64,000 nt of DNA from Gammaproteobacteria bacterium (lineage in GTDB: Bacteria; Pseudomonadota; Gammaproteobacteria; Tenderiales; Tenderiaceae): the NCBI GenBank assembly GCA_021731365.1, contig JAKFXL010000003.1, positions 69,234 through 133,233 on the forward strand. Direction: 5' to 3'. The notes under the pieces are model-generated. The model was not told the origin of the DNA. It saw nothing but the letters and a program-made list of their open reading frames with translations, and ran no database searches. A program made the position numbers and the translations under genes. Below, in pieces: positions 32,001-44,398 of this stretch; the stretch's first letter is position 1; each line of letters opens with the position of its first letter.

Positions 32001-32060
32001 CCAAAATGCTGATCGAACGCAGAATTTACCAAATAAGTGGCTATGTCCGCCAATGCAAAT

Positions 32061-32099
32061 AAAAAAACCGGGGCCACGATCTTCCGTAGCCCCGGTTTT
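32061..32099 (-). terminator. Rho-independent terminator downstream of pilQ
   Basis: 8-bp GC stem accggggc (32067-32074) / gccccggt (32089-32096). On the minus-strand transcript it is followed by a U-run of about 6-7 (A-run 32061-32067 on the plus strand). Confidence 0.75.
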
Positions 32100-32118
32100 C
32101 GAAGGGTCTAAACAGCGT

Positions 32119-34344
32119 TTAGTTGAGCGACAACCCTTCCTTTACAATCTTCGGTGTAATAAAGACTAACAGCTCTTCCTTGCCATCTTTTTCAGACTTA
32201 CTGCGGAAAAGCGCACCAATCAGTGGCAAATCACCTAAGAATGGAACCTTGGTGGTATCTTTACGGGTCTCCTGTTCAAACACACCGCCCAGGACAATCG
32301 TCTCACCATTTTCAACCAGAACCTGGGTTTTGATCTCACGGGTATTGATACTTGGCACATCAAAGAAGATCTCCCCTACGCTGTCCTTATTGACCTGCAG
32401 GTCCATAATCACACGATCATCAGGGGTGATCTGCGGTGTCACCCGCAGACTCAGCACCGCCTTTTTGAATGAGACGGTGGTGGCACCGGCAGATGAGGAC
32501 TCCTGATAAGCAATCTCAACCCCCTGTTCAATGGTGGCCTCTTTCTGGTTTGCGGTGATGACACGCGGCGAGGAGACAACCTCACCCTTGCCTTCAATCT
32601 GCATGGCCGACAGCTCCAGATCAACATTGGTACCAAACGGCAACTTAACCATGCTCAACGCAAACGAACCGGCAGCAGCAGGCACGGGCAGATTGACATT
32701 CAAGCGCTCAGGCGCAGCTAACGTCTGATTATTGACCAGCTGATCAGTCGCCTTCAAGTTACCCGAAATGGCCGTACCACGACCACTGGAACCAGCCCCC
32801 ATGGTATCCCGCGACACCCCAAAACGGCTGCCAAGGCTGCGATCAAAGCCACTGTTTGCAATCACAATACGTGACTCAATCAGTACCTGACGCACCGGAA
32901 TATCGAGCACTGTAATCAGCTTACGGATCTCATCCAACTTGCTTGCAGTCTCCTGAACCAGCAGGGTATTGGTTCGGGCATCAAAGGTGACCGTACCACG
33001 GGTAGACAACAGTGAGGAGGCCCTGCCACTCGATCCGGCCGCACTTGCCGCCCCTGACGATGAGGCTGTCGCAACTCCACCGCCACGCAACAACAACTGT
33101 ATATCTGAGGCCTTGGCGTAGTTGATCTGGATCAGGTCCGAAAATAGCGGCTCCAGCTCAGTAATCTGCTTTTTGGCCTCCAGCTCCTGCTTCTCACGTG
33201 CAGCAATCTCCTCAGATGGACCAATGTACATAACACTGCCCATCTCACGCATCGCCAACCCTTTGGTTCTCAGGATGATATCCAGCGCCTGATCCCACGG
33301 CACGTTCTGCAAACGCAGGGTAAGACTGCCGGTCACCGTATCACTGGTCACCAGGTTCATACTGGTAAAGTCAGCAATCAGCTGCAATACTGCCCGCACC
33401 TCAATATTCTGGAAGTTGAGCGATAACCGTTCACCACCAAAGGCACGTTGATCACCCTTGCGTTTTAGCTCTTCCATATCTTTTTCTACGCTCTTTCTGA
33501 CCTCAATGGTCATCAGATTGCCTGACTGGTAGGCCATATGTTCATACTGCCCCTGCCCCGTTATCACCATGCGGACGTTATTCCCCTGACGGAACGTATC
33601 GATCAACGTCACTGGCGTGGCAAAGTCGGTCACATCCAGACGCTGCTCCAGCGCAGCGGGCACATTGGTATCCGTAAAGTCTAACGCCAGCTTACCGCCC
33701 TGCTGCTGAATATTCACATTAGTACCTGGGTCGGAGAGCGTCACCAGAATGCGCCCTTCGCCCTTATCACCACGGCGGAAATCGATGCTTTTGATGGCGA
33801 AGCTCGTCGGCGTTTCACGACTGCTAAAGGCGGCTGGTTTTTTATCAACCGGTGGCGAGCTCACCCCAGCACTGGCACCCTCCAGCGTGATGTAGACATT
33901 TTTACCATCAACCCTGGTTTCATACGGAACCAGTTGCACAAGATTCAATACCACGCGGGTCCGCCCACGCGCCTCAACGACATTGACACTACGTGCCACG
34001 CCCAGACCCACCTGAGTGGTACGTTTGGCCATCTTATTTTCAGTATCGGGAAAATCCAGGGCAATACGTGCCGGATTATTAATCGTAAAACTGATGGGGT
34101 CGGGTGCCGCTGCGGAGAGGGTGAACTTAATCTGGACACGGTTACCCGGCAAATTAGAAGCATCTACCGACTCCAGGGCGTTCCCCCCTTTTGTCCCGGT
34201 AGCCTGCGCCTGTGCCAACACTGGAACTGTCAAACCAAACAGCATCAAGGCCGCCAAAACTCCGTGTCTAAACATCTCCAGCCTCCATGCTCGATCCACC
34301 ATTTTTTTTATACCGCTCATCGTCAAAACCCGCTCCATTACCAT
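32119..34344 (-). CDS. pilQ: Type IV pilus secretin PilQ
   Basis: AMIN-like N-terminal repeats. C-terminal secretin core (VLVENGETIVLGG...VPFLGDLPLIGALFR). Follows pilMNOP. Confidence 0.92.
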   Translation of the reverse strand: MVMERVLTMSGIKKMVDRAWRLEMFRHGVLAALMLFGLTVPVLAQAQATGTKGGNALESVDASNLPGNRVQIKFTLSAAAPDPISFTINNPARIALDFPDTENKMAKRTTQVGLGVARSVNVVEARGRTRVVLNLVQLVPYETRVDGKNVYITLEGASAGVSSPPVDKKPAAFSSRETPTSFAIKSIDFRRGDKGEGRILVTLSDPGTNVNIQQQGGKLALDFTDTNVPAALEQRLDVTDFATPVTLIDTFRQGNNVRMVITGQGQYEHMAYQSGNLMTIEVRKSVEKDMEELKRKGDQRAFGGERLSLNFQNIEVRAVLQLIADFTSMNLVTSDTVTGSLTLRLQNVPWDQALDIILRTKGLAMREMGSVMYIGPSEEIAAREKQELEAKKQITELEPLFSDLIQINYAKASDIQLLLRGGGVATASSSGAASAAGSSGRASSLLSTRGTVTFDARTNTLLVQETASKLDEIRKLITVLDIPVRQVLIESRIVIANSGFDRSLGSRFGVSRDTMGAGSSGRGTAISGNLKATDQLVNNQTLAAPERLNVNLPVPAAAGSFALSMVKLPFGTNVDLELSAMQIEGKGEVVSSPRVITANQKEATIEQGVEIAYQESSSAGATTVSFKKAVLSLRVTPQITPDDRVIMDLQVNKDSVGEIFFDVPSINTREIKTQVLVENGETIVLGGVFEQETRKDTTKVPFLGDLPLIGALFRSKSEKDGKEELLVFITPKIVKEGLSLN

Positions 34345-34357
34345 GCCCCCTTTGGGA

Positions 34358-34918
34358 TCACTCTGCTATCGCCAATGATGCCTGGCGGGGCAGCCAACCG
34401 CCCAGACCATCCGGTACTATTTCAGTAATCTCGACCCGGTCAGGAAGTATTGCCGTCACCCGGCCATGGTTCTGCCCCAGATAATTGCCCTTCACTACCC
34501 GTGAAACCAACCCCTCTGGCGACCTGATCAACGCGGCGCTCTCTTTGTCACGCTGCAAGGTCCCCACCATGCTTAGCGCATCCAGCGGATACTCTTCCAG
34601 TGGCTCCTTTCTACGCTCAAAGCTAGGCTGTAAACCACCACCGGTTGTTGACTGCCGTTGTGCTTCCCGGGCCTTGGCGGCCTTTGCATCCCAGCCTACA
34701 AACGGATCGCCCAACTCATCCGCTGAGTAGGCAAAATTCTCCACTGACGTAAATTCCGGCAGCGGCGGCACCTTACCCTTACTATTAGCCTTGATGTCTG
34801 CAATATCTTTTTGCAGGTCATCCATATTGCCACCACTGCAACCTGATAGCACCAATACCAGCACCATACAGCAGCCGGGCAACAGAAGAGCGCCATTTTT
34901 CTTCAATGTCGATCTCAT
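34358..34918 (-). CDS. pilP: Type IV pilus assembly lipoprotein PilP
   Basis: Lipobox LSGC, size and position between pilO and pilQ, and a C-terminal PilP-like beta domain (LVGTLQRD...ALIRSPEG). Confidence 0.85.
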   Translation of the reverse strand: MRSTLKKNGALLLPGCCMVLVLVLSGCSGGNMDDLQKDIADIKANSKGKVPPLPEFTSVENFAYSADELGDPFVGWDAKAAKAREAQRQSTTGGGLQPSFERRKEPLEEYPLDALSMVGTLQRDKESAALIRSPEGLVSRVVKGNYLGQNHGRVTAILPDRVEITEIVPDGLGGWLPRQASLAIAE

Positions 34919-35523
34919 TGCCCCTCCTCCAGATACCGGTAAGTCTTGGCCTTAACCGACATGGAGAGCCTCTTGGCGTTATTTGCCTCCTTGCCAGCAG
35001 TGACACCAATATCGTGCAGCGTCACGATACGTGGCAATGCCGCCACATCACTTACAAACCGGCCAAAATCGTGATAATTACCGGTCACCTTGATATCAAT
35101 CGGTAATTCTGAATAAAACTCGGCGGGTACCTCAGCCAACGGTTTGAACAGCTCAAACTCCAAACCGTTGGCCAAACCCGCCTGGGAGATATCCACCAAC
35201 AATTCAGCCACCTCGGTTTTGCTCGGCAACTGCCGCAACATCGCACCAAAAGAGCGCTCCATATCGGCCATCTGCTGCTTGTAATCCTCCAGATTGATCG
35301 CCTTAATCTGCTTCGCTCTAAAAGCGTCTTTCAACTCCACCTCTTTTTGTTCAGCCTGCTTCAGCACCTCTAACTGCTGCTGGGTATCAAACCAGTAACC
35401 AAAAAAGAGAACTGCCACTGAAATCAATACGATAGCAATTGCCTTGGCAATTAAAGGCCATGAACCAACATCATTAAAATCCAGGGTTTTAAGCTGTTCA
35501 AAATCAATTTTTTTGATGCTCAT
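34915..35523 (-). CDS. pilO: Type IV pilus assembly protein PilO
   Basis: Single transmembrane segment plus coiled coil. Motif DFGRFVSDVAALPRIVTLHD typical of PilO. 4-nt overlaps with both neighbours. Confidence 0.85.
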   Translation of the reverse strand: MSIKKIDFEQLKTLDFNDVGSWPLIAKAIAIVLISVAVLFFGYWFDTQQQLEVLKQAEQKEVELKDAFRAKQIKAINLEDYKQQMADMERSFGAMLRQLPSKTEVAELLVDISQAGLANGLEFELFKPLAEVPAEFYSELPIDIKVTGNYHDFGRFVSDVAALPRIVTLHDIGVTAGKEANNAKRLSMSVKAKTYRYLEEGQ

Positions 35524-36100
35524 TGTGCTTCACCGGTCTTTTTCTTTTCAACCGCATCGGGAGCCAACTGTTTTACCTTCAGCACAAATTTGCTGACACG
35601 ATCCCCAGCCTTATCCTGCGCCTGAATAACATCAAGCTTAGGGTTGCTAAACCAGGCGGAGTCTTCCAGGTTTCGCATAAAAGCGGATATTCTGGCATTC
35701 GATTGTGCCATCCCTTCTAACTCCAACTCTGTCTCTTTTTGCGTCACCTTAGTCAATACGGTCCCTTCAGGCAATGTACGCACCAGCTCATCAACAAGAT
35801 GCACACTCAATGGGCGGCGTGTCTGCAAGTCCTGAATGACCGTCATCCGGTTAAGCAACTGGGTTTTTTTAGTCTCAAGCTCACGAATCTCTTTAATGCT
35901 TTCGTCAACCTTGGCAATCTCCGCCTCGAGCAAGGCGTTACGGGCATTTTGATGCTCAACCATGCTGTCAATATGCAGATGTGCGTAAAAAACAACGACC
36001 GCCATTAAAAAAACGACGCCCCCGGCAATCGAAGCAAACTGGCGCTTACGCTCTTTACGTAGCGTTTCACGCCAGGGTAATAGGTTAATACGCGTTGTCA

Positions 36101-36101
<1 letters not shown>
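35520..36101 (-). CDS. pilN: Type IV pilus assembly protein PilN
   Basis: N-terminal INLLPWRE motif, single transmembrane segment, and position in the operon. Confidence 0.88.
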
Positions 36102-37222
<1,121 letters not shown>

Positions 37223-37380
37223 TTAATATCATACTTTATATTAATTCAACAGATAATGGACACACCGGTGTCACATTCATGCTATTCCAGCTTATCGGGG
37301 TTAGACTATCAAAGCTTGATCTATCTACTGTAAAATTATACCGCTAAAGACATTTCACCCACGTTTTGGAAACAACTTTA

Positions 37381-39762
37381 ATGCCCAAACTTCTCCGCCG
37401 CCTCATTATCAGCCTTGCGGCTCTCTCCGTTTTTGGCCTCGCCGCGCTGGTGGCTGCCTATTTTTACGTGGCCCCGCAGCTGCCCTCTGTCGAGGTACTG
37501 CGTGATGTCCGTTTCCAGGTTCCGTTACAGGTTTATACGAGTAGCGGCCAGCTCCTGGCTGAGTACGGTACCAAAAAACGGGACCCGTTGAAATACGAAC
37601 AGATCCCTAAAAGTGTAATCAATGCCTTTTTAGCGGCCGAAGATGACCGTTTTTTTGAACATCCGGGGGTTGATTACCATGGTTTGCTGCGCGCTGCCGG
37701 GTTACTGGTGGTCACCGGGGAGAAGAGTCAGGGAGGCAGTACCATCACGATGCAGGTCGCACGTAACTTTTTTCTCAGCAGTGAAAAGACCTTCCTGCGT
37801 AAATTTAATGAGATTCTGCTCTCCCTCAAGATTGAGTCTGAGCTCTCCAAGGAGCAGATCCTCGCCCTCTATCTCAACCAGATCTACCTGGGCAACCGTG
37901 CTTACGGTGTGGGCAGTGCGGCACAGGTCTACTATGGCAGGCCACTCGATCAGCTTAATCTGGCGGAGATAGCCATGATTGCCGGCCTGCCCAAGGCCCC
38001 ATCACGTTATAACCCGGTGGCCGACCCTAAACGGGCACAGCTGCGTCGCGATTACGTGCTCAATCGTATGCTCAAACTTGGCTTCATTACCCAGGCCGAA
38101 CACGACAAGGCGATTGTTGAACCGGTGAGCGCCAAGCTTTACCAAGCCACTATCGATCTGCAGGCCCCCTATGTTGGGGAGATGGTTCGTAGCTATATCT
38201 ATGAAAAATATGGCGAAAATGCCTACACCGATGGTTACAAGGTATATGTCACTATCGATGCCCATCTGCAGCAGGCGGCACAGGAGTCACTGCGCCAGGC
38301 GCTACTCGATTACGATCGCCGCCACGGCTACCGTGGACCCATCAGCCATATCAAGTTCACTGCAGCAACTGCGGTTGCTGACATTCTTGAGCAGATAGAT
38401 CCTGTTCCTGAGGTTGGCAACCTTAAAGTTGCCATGGTTTACAAGGTTAAAGAACAAGAGATTGTTGCGCTACGCGCCAATGGTGAACAGGTCCAGGTCC
38501 CTTGGCAGGGGCTCTCCTGGGCCGCTCGCTATATTAATAGTCGCAGCATCGGTGCCGCCCCCAAAAGCGCCAGCGATATTATTAAGAGTGGTGATGTGAT
38601 CTACATACAGGAGCGATCACCCCAGCAGTGGGCGCTGGCACAAATTCCCGAACCCGGTGCCGCCATTGTCTCTCTCAATCCGCATGACGGCAGCGTTTTA
38701 GCGCTGAGTGGTGGTTTTGACTTTTTCCACACCAAGTTCAATCGCGCCACCCAGGCCAAACGTCAACCTGGCTCCAGCTTTAAACCGTTTGTCTATGCCG
38801 CCGCGCTGGAGCAGGGGTTTACCGCCGCCTCCATCATCAATGATGCGCCGGTGGTATTTGAAAACTCAGGGCTGGAGTCTTCATGGCGTCCGGAAAACTA
38901 CAGCGGTGAGATCTACGGCCCGACCCGCCTGCGTGAAGCGCTGACCCACTCCCGCAATCTGGTCTCGATCCGCCTGCTCCAGGCTGTGGGTGTTGGTTAT
39001 ACCATCGACTTTGCCACCAAGTTTGGCTTTGAGCCCACAAGATTGCCTCGTGATCTCTCACTCTCCCTGGGCACCGCCTCAGTGACCCCAATGGAGCTGG
39101 CGGCGGGTTATACCGTTTTTGCCAATGGTGGTTTTCGTGTCACCCCCCACTTCATTAACAAGATTGTGGATGGCAACGGCAAGACCGTATTTAAAGCCCA
39201 CCCCGCCATTGCCTGTCTGGAGTGCGACATGGCTGATGAGACAGGCGGTTCTCGGGCACCCCGTGTGGTCTCCGAGCAGGTGACATATATCGCCACCAGC
39301 ATGATGCAGGATGTCATCCGTTACGGCACAGGCCGCCGCGCCCTGCAGCTGGGGCGCAGTGATCTGGCGGGCAAAACCGGCACCACCAACGATCAGCGTG
39401 ATGCCTGGTTTGCTGGCTACAACGGTGACATTGTCACCGTTAGCTGGGTAGGGCTGGACGACGCCAAATCCCTGGGCAGTGATGAAACCGGCGGCAAGGC
39501 TGCCCTGCCCATCTGGATAGATTACATGCGTGTTGCGCTCAAGGGCCGCCCGGAAGCCACCCAACCTCAGCCCAGCGGCATTGTGACCGTCAAGATCGAT
39601 CCACGTACCGGACTGCTTGCCAACGCCGATCAGGGCGATGCTATTTTTGAGATCTTCCGTAGCGATACCGCACCTGAAGAGCGTGCCCCGGACATCGACG
39701 AGTCCATTACCGCACCACACAGCAGTGATGGTGACAAACCGGCACCACAGCTATTGTTCTAA
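37381..39762 (+). CDS. mrcA: Penicillin-binding protein 1A (bifunctional glycosyltransferase/transpeptidase)
   Basis: GT51 motifs (EDDRFFEHPGVD, GGSTITMQVARN, RKFNE). Transpeptidase SxxK (SSFKP), SRN and KTGTT. Divergent from pilM as in Pseudomonas. Confidence 0.92.
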   Translation: MPKLLRRLIISLAALSVFGLAALVAAYFYVAPQLPSVEVLRDVRFQVPLQVYTSSGQLLAEYGTKKRDPLKYEQIPKSVINAFLAAEDDRFFEHPGVDYHGLLRAAGLLVVTGEKSQGGSTITMQVARNFFLSSEKTFLRKFNEILLSLKIESELSKEQILALYLNQIYLGNRAYGVGSAAQVYYGRPLDQLNLAEIAMIAGLPKAPSRYNPVADPKRAQLRRDYVLNRMLKLGFITQAEHDKAIVEPVSAKLYQATIDLQAPYVGEMVRSYIYEKYGENAYTDGYKVYVTIDAHLQQAAQESLRQALLDYDRRHGYRGPISHIKFTAATAVADILEQIDPVPEVGNLKVAMVYKVKEQEIVALRANGEQVQVPWQGLSWAARYINSRSIGAAPKSASDIIKSGDVIYIQERSPQQWALAQIPEPGAAIVSLNPHDGSVLALSGGFDFFHTKFNRATQAKRQPGSSFKPFVYAAALEQGFTAASIINDAPVVFENSGLESSWRPENYSGEIYGPTRLREALTHSRNLVSIRLLQAVGVGYTIDFATKFGFEPTRLPRDLSLSLGTASVTPMELAAGYTVFANGGFRVTPHFINKIVDGNGKTVFKAHPAIACLECDMADETGGSRAPRVVSEQVTYIATSMMQDVIRYGTGRRALQLGRSDLAGKTGTTNDQRDAWFAGYNGDIVTVSWVGLDDAKSLGSDETGGKAALPIWIDYMRVALKGRPEATQPQPSGIVTVKIDPRTGLLANADQGDAIFEIFRSDTAPEERAPDIDESITAPHSSDGDKPAPQLLF

Positions 39763-39778
39763 ACAGCCACTGACCGCC

Positions 39779-40426
39779 ATGGATAAAAAGTCACCACGCC
39801 ACCATCAACCCCATGAACAGCGCCTGCGCCTGCAACTGGCGCAGGAGGCGGCACGACTAATGGTTGAAGAGGGGGTGCAAGACATTACTGTTGCCAAACA
39901 GAAGGCAGCAGCCCGCCTGCATCTGCCTCGTGGCCAGAACCTGCCTCGCAATGAAGAGATCCAGCTGGCCGTGCGGGAATATCAGCGCCTGTTCAAACAC
40001 GAGTCACACCCGCAAACTGTGGCGCGACTACGCCAAACAGCGCTCAAGGCGATGTCTTTTTTTAAACATTTTGAACCCCGTCTGGTCGGGGCGGTGGCCG
40101 ATGGCAGTGCCAGTGAGTTTTCAACCATCACACTGCATCTGTTTACGGAGGGCAGTGAAGAGTTGCACCTCTTCATGATCAACCAGCGACTCCCCTACGA
40201 ACTAGGCAGCCAGCGCGCTGCCCATGGCAACGGGCAAGCTGTTGACCTACCGGTTTATCAGATGGCGCTGGAGGGGGAGAATATCGATCTGATTGTCTTT
40301 GAGAAGATTGCGCTGCGGCAGCCGCCACGTGACCCGGTGACCCATAAACCGATGCAACGGCTTGATATTAAACGGGTGGAGGAGCTGATCCGGCTCACTG
40401 AAACCGCCCAACCCACCCCTTTTTAA
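39779..40426 (+). CDS. Conserved hypothetical protein
   Basis: 215-aa ORF from ATG 39779, just after the ponA stop. Coding-like composition, no motif I can name. Confidence 0.45.
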   Translation: MDKKSPRHHQPHEQRLRLQLAQEAARLMVEEGVQDITVAKQKAAARLHLPRGQNLPRNEEIQLAVREYQRLFKHESHPQTVARLRQTALKAMSFFKHFEPRLVGAVADGSASEFSTITLHLFTEGSEELHLFMINQRLPYELGSQRAAHGNGQAVDLPVYQMALEGENIDLIVFEKIALRQPPRDPVTHKPMQRLDIKRVEELIRLTETAQPTPF

Positions 40427-40429
40427 CCG

Positions 40430-41728
40430 TTAACGACCTGACATCTCCCGATAGTCACGACGTGCCGCCCCTTGGTAGAGCTGGCGTGGACGGGCGATGC
40501 GCTGCTGTGGATCACCAATCATCTCCATCCACTGTGAGACCCAGCCGACAGTCCGGGCAATGGCAAACATCACCGTAAACATGTTGGTAGGAATGCCCAA
40601 CACCTTATAGATGATGCCCGAGTAGAAATCGACATTGGGATAGAGATTACGCTCTTTGAAATAATCATCCTGCAAGGCCACCTCTTCCAGGCGCAGTGCC
40701 AACTCAAACAATGGGTCTTTATCATTCCCCAACTTGGCCAATACCTCATGACACATTGTACGAATGAGCGTGGCACGTGGATCAAAATTACGGTAAATGC
40801 GGTGGCCAAACCCCATCAGCCGGAACGGATCGTTTTTATCCTTGGCCTTGGCGATATATTTGGGGATATTGCTGACGTCACCGATCTCACCCAACATATG
40901 CAACACCGCCTCGTTAGCACCACCGTGGGCCGGACCCCACAACGCCGCAATGCCCGAGGCAACGCAGGCAAAGGGGTTGGCGGCCGAGCTGCCAGCCAGA
41001 CGGATGGTCGAGGTACTGGCGTTCTGCTCATGATCAGCATGGAGGATGAAGATCAGATCCAGTGCCTTTTTGGCAATCGGATCAACGTCATACTCTTCAC
41101 ACGGGACCGAAAACATCATATTCAGCAGATTGCCGCAGTAACCCAGCGAATTTTTAGGGTAGACAAACGGCTCACCGACAGAGTGTTTGTAACAGGCCGC
41201 CGCAATGGTGGGCATCTTGGCAATCAAGCGGTGGGCTGCAATCTCGCGGTGTACCGGGTTACGAATATCCGTTGAGCCGTGATAGAAGGCCGAAAGCGAT
41301 CCCACCACCCCCACCATAATCGCCATCGGATGGGCGTCATGGTTAAAACCACGATAAAAGCTCTTCAGGCTCTCATTGATCATGGTGTGACGGGTAATGC
41401 TATTCACAAAGGTATCCATCTCGCCCTGATGTGGCAGCTCGCCATAGAGCATCAGATAAGCCACTTCGAGAAAAGAGCTTTTAGCCGCCAGTTGTTCAAT
41501 GGGATAACCACGATAAAGCAGCTGCCCCTGCTCACCATCAATATAGGTAATCGAGCTGCGACAGCTGGCCGTTGCCACAAAACCGGGGTCAAAACTGACA
41601 TAACCGAGTTCACGATAGAGGCCGGTAATATCCACCGCGCCAGGGCCATGGGTACCGCGCTGAATCGGCAACTCGATGCTCTTGCCGGTCACATTATCGG
41701 TAACGGTCACTGTCTCTCTTTTTGTCAT
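40430..41728 (-). CDS. gltA: Citrate synthase (type II)
   Basis: Motifs [21 protein letters not shown] and MGFGHRIY. Confidence 0.93.
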   Translation of the reverse strand: MTKRETVTVTDNVTGKSIELPIQRGTHGPGAVDITGLYRELGYVSFDPGFVATASCRSSITYIDGEQGQLLYRGYPIEQLAAKSSFLEVAYLMLYGELPHQGEMDTFVNSITRHTMINESLKSFYRGFNHDAHPMAIMVGVVGSLSAFYHGSTDIRNPVHREIAAHRLIAKMPTIAAACYKHSVGEPFVYPKNSLGYCGNLLNMMFSVPCEEYDVDPIAKKALDLIFILHADHEQNASTSTIRLAGSSAANPFACVASGIAALWGPAHGGANEAVLHMLGEIGDVSNIPKYIAKAKDKNDPFRLMGFGHRIYRNFDPRATLIRTMCHEVLAKLGNDKDPLFELALRLEEVALQDDYFKERNLYPNVDFYSGIIYKVLGIPTNMFTVMFAIARTVGWVSQWMEMIGDPQQRIARPRQLYQGAARRDYREMSGR

Positions 41729-41786
41729 ACCTGATTCCCTTGTTCAGTCTGGGGTAGTTGCTTAACGGCAGCACAGTGCCAGGAGG

Positions 41787-43037
41787 TTAGTCACACGCGG
41801 GGTAGTGCCCTGGATAGGGGCGACGTGCCACACCACTCTTAACCGCTGCTTTTGCCACCGCCGGTGGCACCCACTCAATCAAACGTGGATCAATGGGCTT
41901 AGGGATGATGTAGTCAGGGCCAAAACTCAGTGACGCCAGACCATAACACTCCAATACCTCCTCTGGCACCGGCTCGTGGGCGAGACGCCGCAAGGCATCC
42001 ACCGCCGCAATCTGCATCTCCATATTAATAGCGCTTGCCAGCACGTCGAGCGCACCACGGAAGATAAATGGAAAGCCCAAGACATTATTCACCTGGTTGG
42101 GATAGTCACTACGACCTGTGGCCATCAGCAGATCATCCCGTGTCTTCAACGCCACTTCCGGACGAATCTCAGGGTCTGGATTGGAGAGGGCAAAGACCAC
42201 CGGCTTAGCCGCCATCGACTTAAGCATCTCTGCCGTCAGAATGTCGGGGCCAGAGACGCCAATCACAACATCCGCGCCATTCACCGCATCGGCGAGGCTA
42301 CGTTTCTCCGTCTCAACCACAAATTCACGTTTATATTCATTCAGATCGCTGCGACCGCTGTGAACCACACCGGTACGATCCACCAGCATAATATTGCCAT
42401 GTGTCGCGCCCAGCTCACGCAACAGGGTCATGGAAGCGATGCCCGCCGCACCCGCGCCAACACAGACAATCTGCGCCGTGCCAATCGACTTGCCCTGCAG
42501 CTCCAGGGCGTTGAGCAGCGCGGCAGCGATGATAATGGCAGTACCGTGCTGGTCATCATGAAACACCGGGATATCGAGCCGCTCCTTCAGTGCTTTCTCA
42601 ATAACAAAACAGTGGGGGGCGGCAATATCTTCCAGGTTGATGCCACCAAACGTCGGGGCGATGCGTGCCACCGTATCAATAAAGGCCTGCGGCGACTCGG
42701 CATCGACCTCGATATCAAATACATCAATGTTGGCGAACTTCTTGAACAGCACCGCCTTGCCCTCCATCACCGGCTTGCCCGCCAGGGCACCCACATTGCC
42801 CAACCCCAGCACGGCGGTACCGTCAGTGATCACCGCCACCAGATTGCCCTTGCCGGTGTAGAGATAAGCATTCTCTTTATCCCTGGCAATCTCACGCACT
42901 GGCTCTGCCACCCCCGGTGTATAGGCCAGCGACAGATCCCGCTGATCCCGGCACGGCTTGGTAATGGCCGTGGCAATCTTCCCCGGTACCGGTTCGGCGT
43001 GATACTTCAGGGCCCGCTCTTTCAAGTCGCTGCTCAT
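41787..43037 (-). CDS. NAD(P)-dependent malic enzyme (short form, no PTA domain)
   Basis: [28 protein letters not shown] and VCVGAGAAG motifs. About 416 aa from ATG 43037. Confidence 0.9.
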   Translation of the reverse strand: MSSDLKERALKYHAEPVPGKIATAITKPCRDQRDLSLAYTPGVAEPVREIARDKENAYLYTGKGNLVAVITDGTAVLGLGNVGALAGKPVMEGKAVLFKKFANIDVFDIEVDAESPQAFIDTVARIAPTFGGINLEDIAAPHCFVIEKALKERLDIPVFHDDQHGTAIIIAAALLNALELQGKSIGTAQIVCVGAGAAGIASMTLLRELGATHGNIMLVDRTGVVHSGRSDLNEYKREFVVETEKRSLADAVNGADVVIGVSGPDILTAEMLKSMAAKPVVFALSNPDPEIRPEVALKTRDDLLMATGRSDYPNQVNNVLGFPFIFRGALDVLASAINMEMQIAAVDALRRLAHEPVPEEVLECYGLASLSFGPDYIIPKPIDPRLIEWVPPAVAKAAVKSGVARRPYPGHYPACD

Positions 43038-43134
43038 ACGTTGATTCCAGATCCTTAGAAACATCTACGGCGGCCAACCACGTTAACCGCCTGTCAGGCC
43101 GCCATTGTAACCCTCTTGTTTACAGAGGTGCGAA

Positions 43135-43941
43135 TTACTCATCAAGACGCTGCAGCGCCGCAAGATGATCAACCCGCATCTGTAAACCACCACGCCACTC
43201 TGACAACCAGCCTCGCACCCGGATGTTTTTACCCTGTAGCTGGCCAGGGTCAAACACCGGCGTAAACCGAGGCAACGCCCGGTTATCAATCCGTACCGCA
43301 ACACTATTAGGCAGATTTAGCCATAACGCCTGGCGACTCTCGCCAATACGCTCCACCACCCCCTCCACTATATAAAAGCCACGGGCCTCACGTGGCAAGT
43401 GCCCAGACTCATAGGCACTAAAACGGCGCTGCTGCCAAATGCCCGCGCCATTGGCACGTGCCTCCGCCGCAAAATAACACTCCAGGTTGGCAAAATTGGG
43501 CGCAACTGCAACCGCTGCCGCCAACCCCTGCTCCAGCAGCAGCTCCTGAACGTTGCGCTGATCCGCCAGATAGAGATGGGCCAACAGACGCCCATACCGG
43601 TCGTGGCGATCCTCCTCGTAACGCAATGCAACCTGTGACTGCCCGGCCAGCAACCCCTGCAACGCCTGACGTGCCGCCTCGCCCAGCGGCTCGGAAACGT
43701 GGCCATCGTGACCAACTTCGGGGGTATTAATACCGATGAGACGAACCTTGCGACCATCGCTGAGCCTGACGGTATCGCCATCGTAGACATAACGCACCTT
43801 GACCCACTCGTCCGCCTGAAACGGGAGGCACAACTGTGCCCCGACCCGCGGCGACCAGGCGCCAGAGAAAAACAGCACAACCCATAACGCAAAAAGGGTG
43901 CCCTTGTGAGGCACCCTTTTTAAACCGGCAAGCCCAGACAC
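43135..43941 (-). CDS. Secreted thermonuclease (SNase) family protein
   Basis: Signal-like N-terminus. SNase motif VRYVYDGDTVRL..GRKVRLIGINTPE and RYGRLLA. Confidence 0.75.
   Translation of the reverse strand: MSGLAGLKRVPHKGTLFALWVVLFFSGAWSPRVGAQLCLPFQADEWVKVRYVYDGDTVRLSDGRKVRLIGINTPEVGHDGHVSEPLGEAARQALQGLLAGQSQVALRYEEDRHDRYGRLLAHLYLADQRNVQELLLEQGLAAAVAVAPNFANLECYFAAEARANGAGIWQQRRFSAYESGHLPREARGFYIVEGVVERIGESRQALWLNLPNSVAVRIDNRALPRFTPVFDPGQLQGKNIRVRGWLSEWRGGLQMRVDHLAALQRLDE
43891..43921 (-). terminator. Rho-independent terminator of rpmE (lies inside the 5' end of the SNase ORF)
   Basis: 10-bp stem aaagggtgcc (43893-43902) / ggcacccttt (43910-43919), 7-nt loop. The minus-strand transcript ends in UUUUU. 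Confidence 0.65.
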
Positions 43942-43949
43942 GTTGCTGG

Positions 43950-44156
43950 TTACTTAACCCCGTACTTCTGACGAAACTTATCTACACGACCGGCGGTATC
44001 AACAATCTTCTGCTTACCAGTGTAGAAAGGGTGGCAGCTGGCACATACGTCCAGATGCAGCGCACTTTTGGTCAGTGTCGACCGGGTCTTGAAAACATTA
44101 CCGCAACTGCAGGTAACTTCTATTTCTTGGTAGGCGGGATGGATGTCCGCTTTCAT
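43950..44156 (-). CDS. rpmE: 50S ribosomal protein L31
   Basis: [20 protein letters not shown]...CHPFYTG, the canonical zinc-binding L31 sequence. Confidence 0.95.
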   Translation of the reverse strand: MKADIHPAYQEIEVTCSCGNVFKTRSTLTKSALHLDVCASCHPFYTGKQKIVDTAGRVDKFRQKYGVK

Positions 44157-44398
44157 GGCTTTGAACCTCTCAACTCAAATCAAATTTCACAATCAGAACA
44201 AAATTGCTGTGCGAAAGAGCCGGGCATTCTACCTAAAAGCCCTGCCACCAGCAAGCCCCCATCACCCATATCCACCTCAATCGCCCTTGACTAAAGCCTG
44301 TGGCAATTTGGCCGCTGTCTATGGGCAGCCCAATAGGGCTCCCAATTGACCTGCCTAAATAGACACAAAACAGATAGTTACTTATTCAGGAGAAGACC

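Noticed and set aside
41976-43058. 360-aa plus-strand ORF
   Set aside because: It is antisense to the malic enzyme gene. Shadow ORF.
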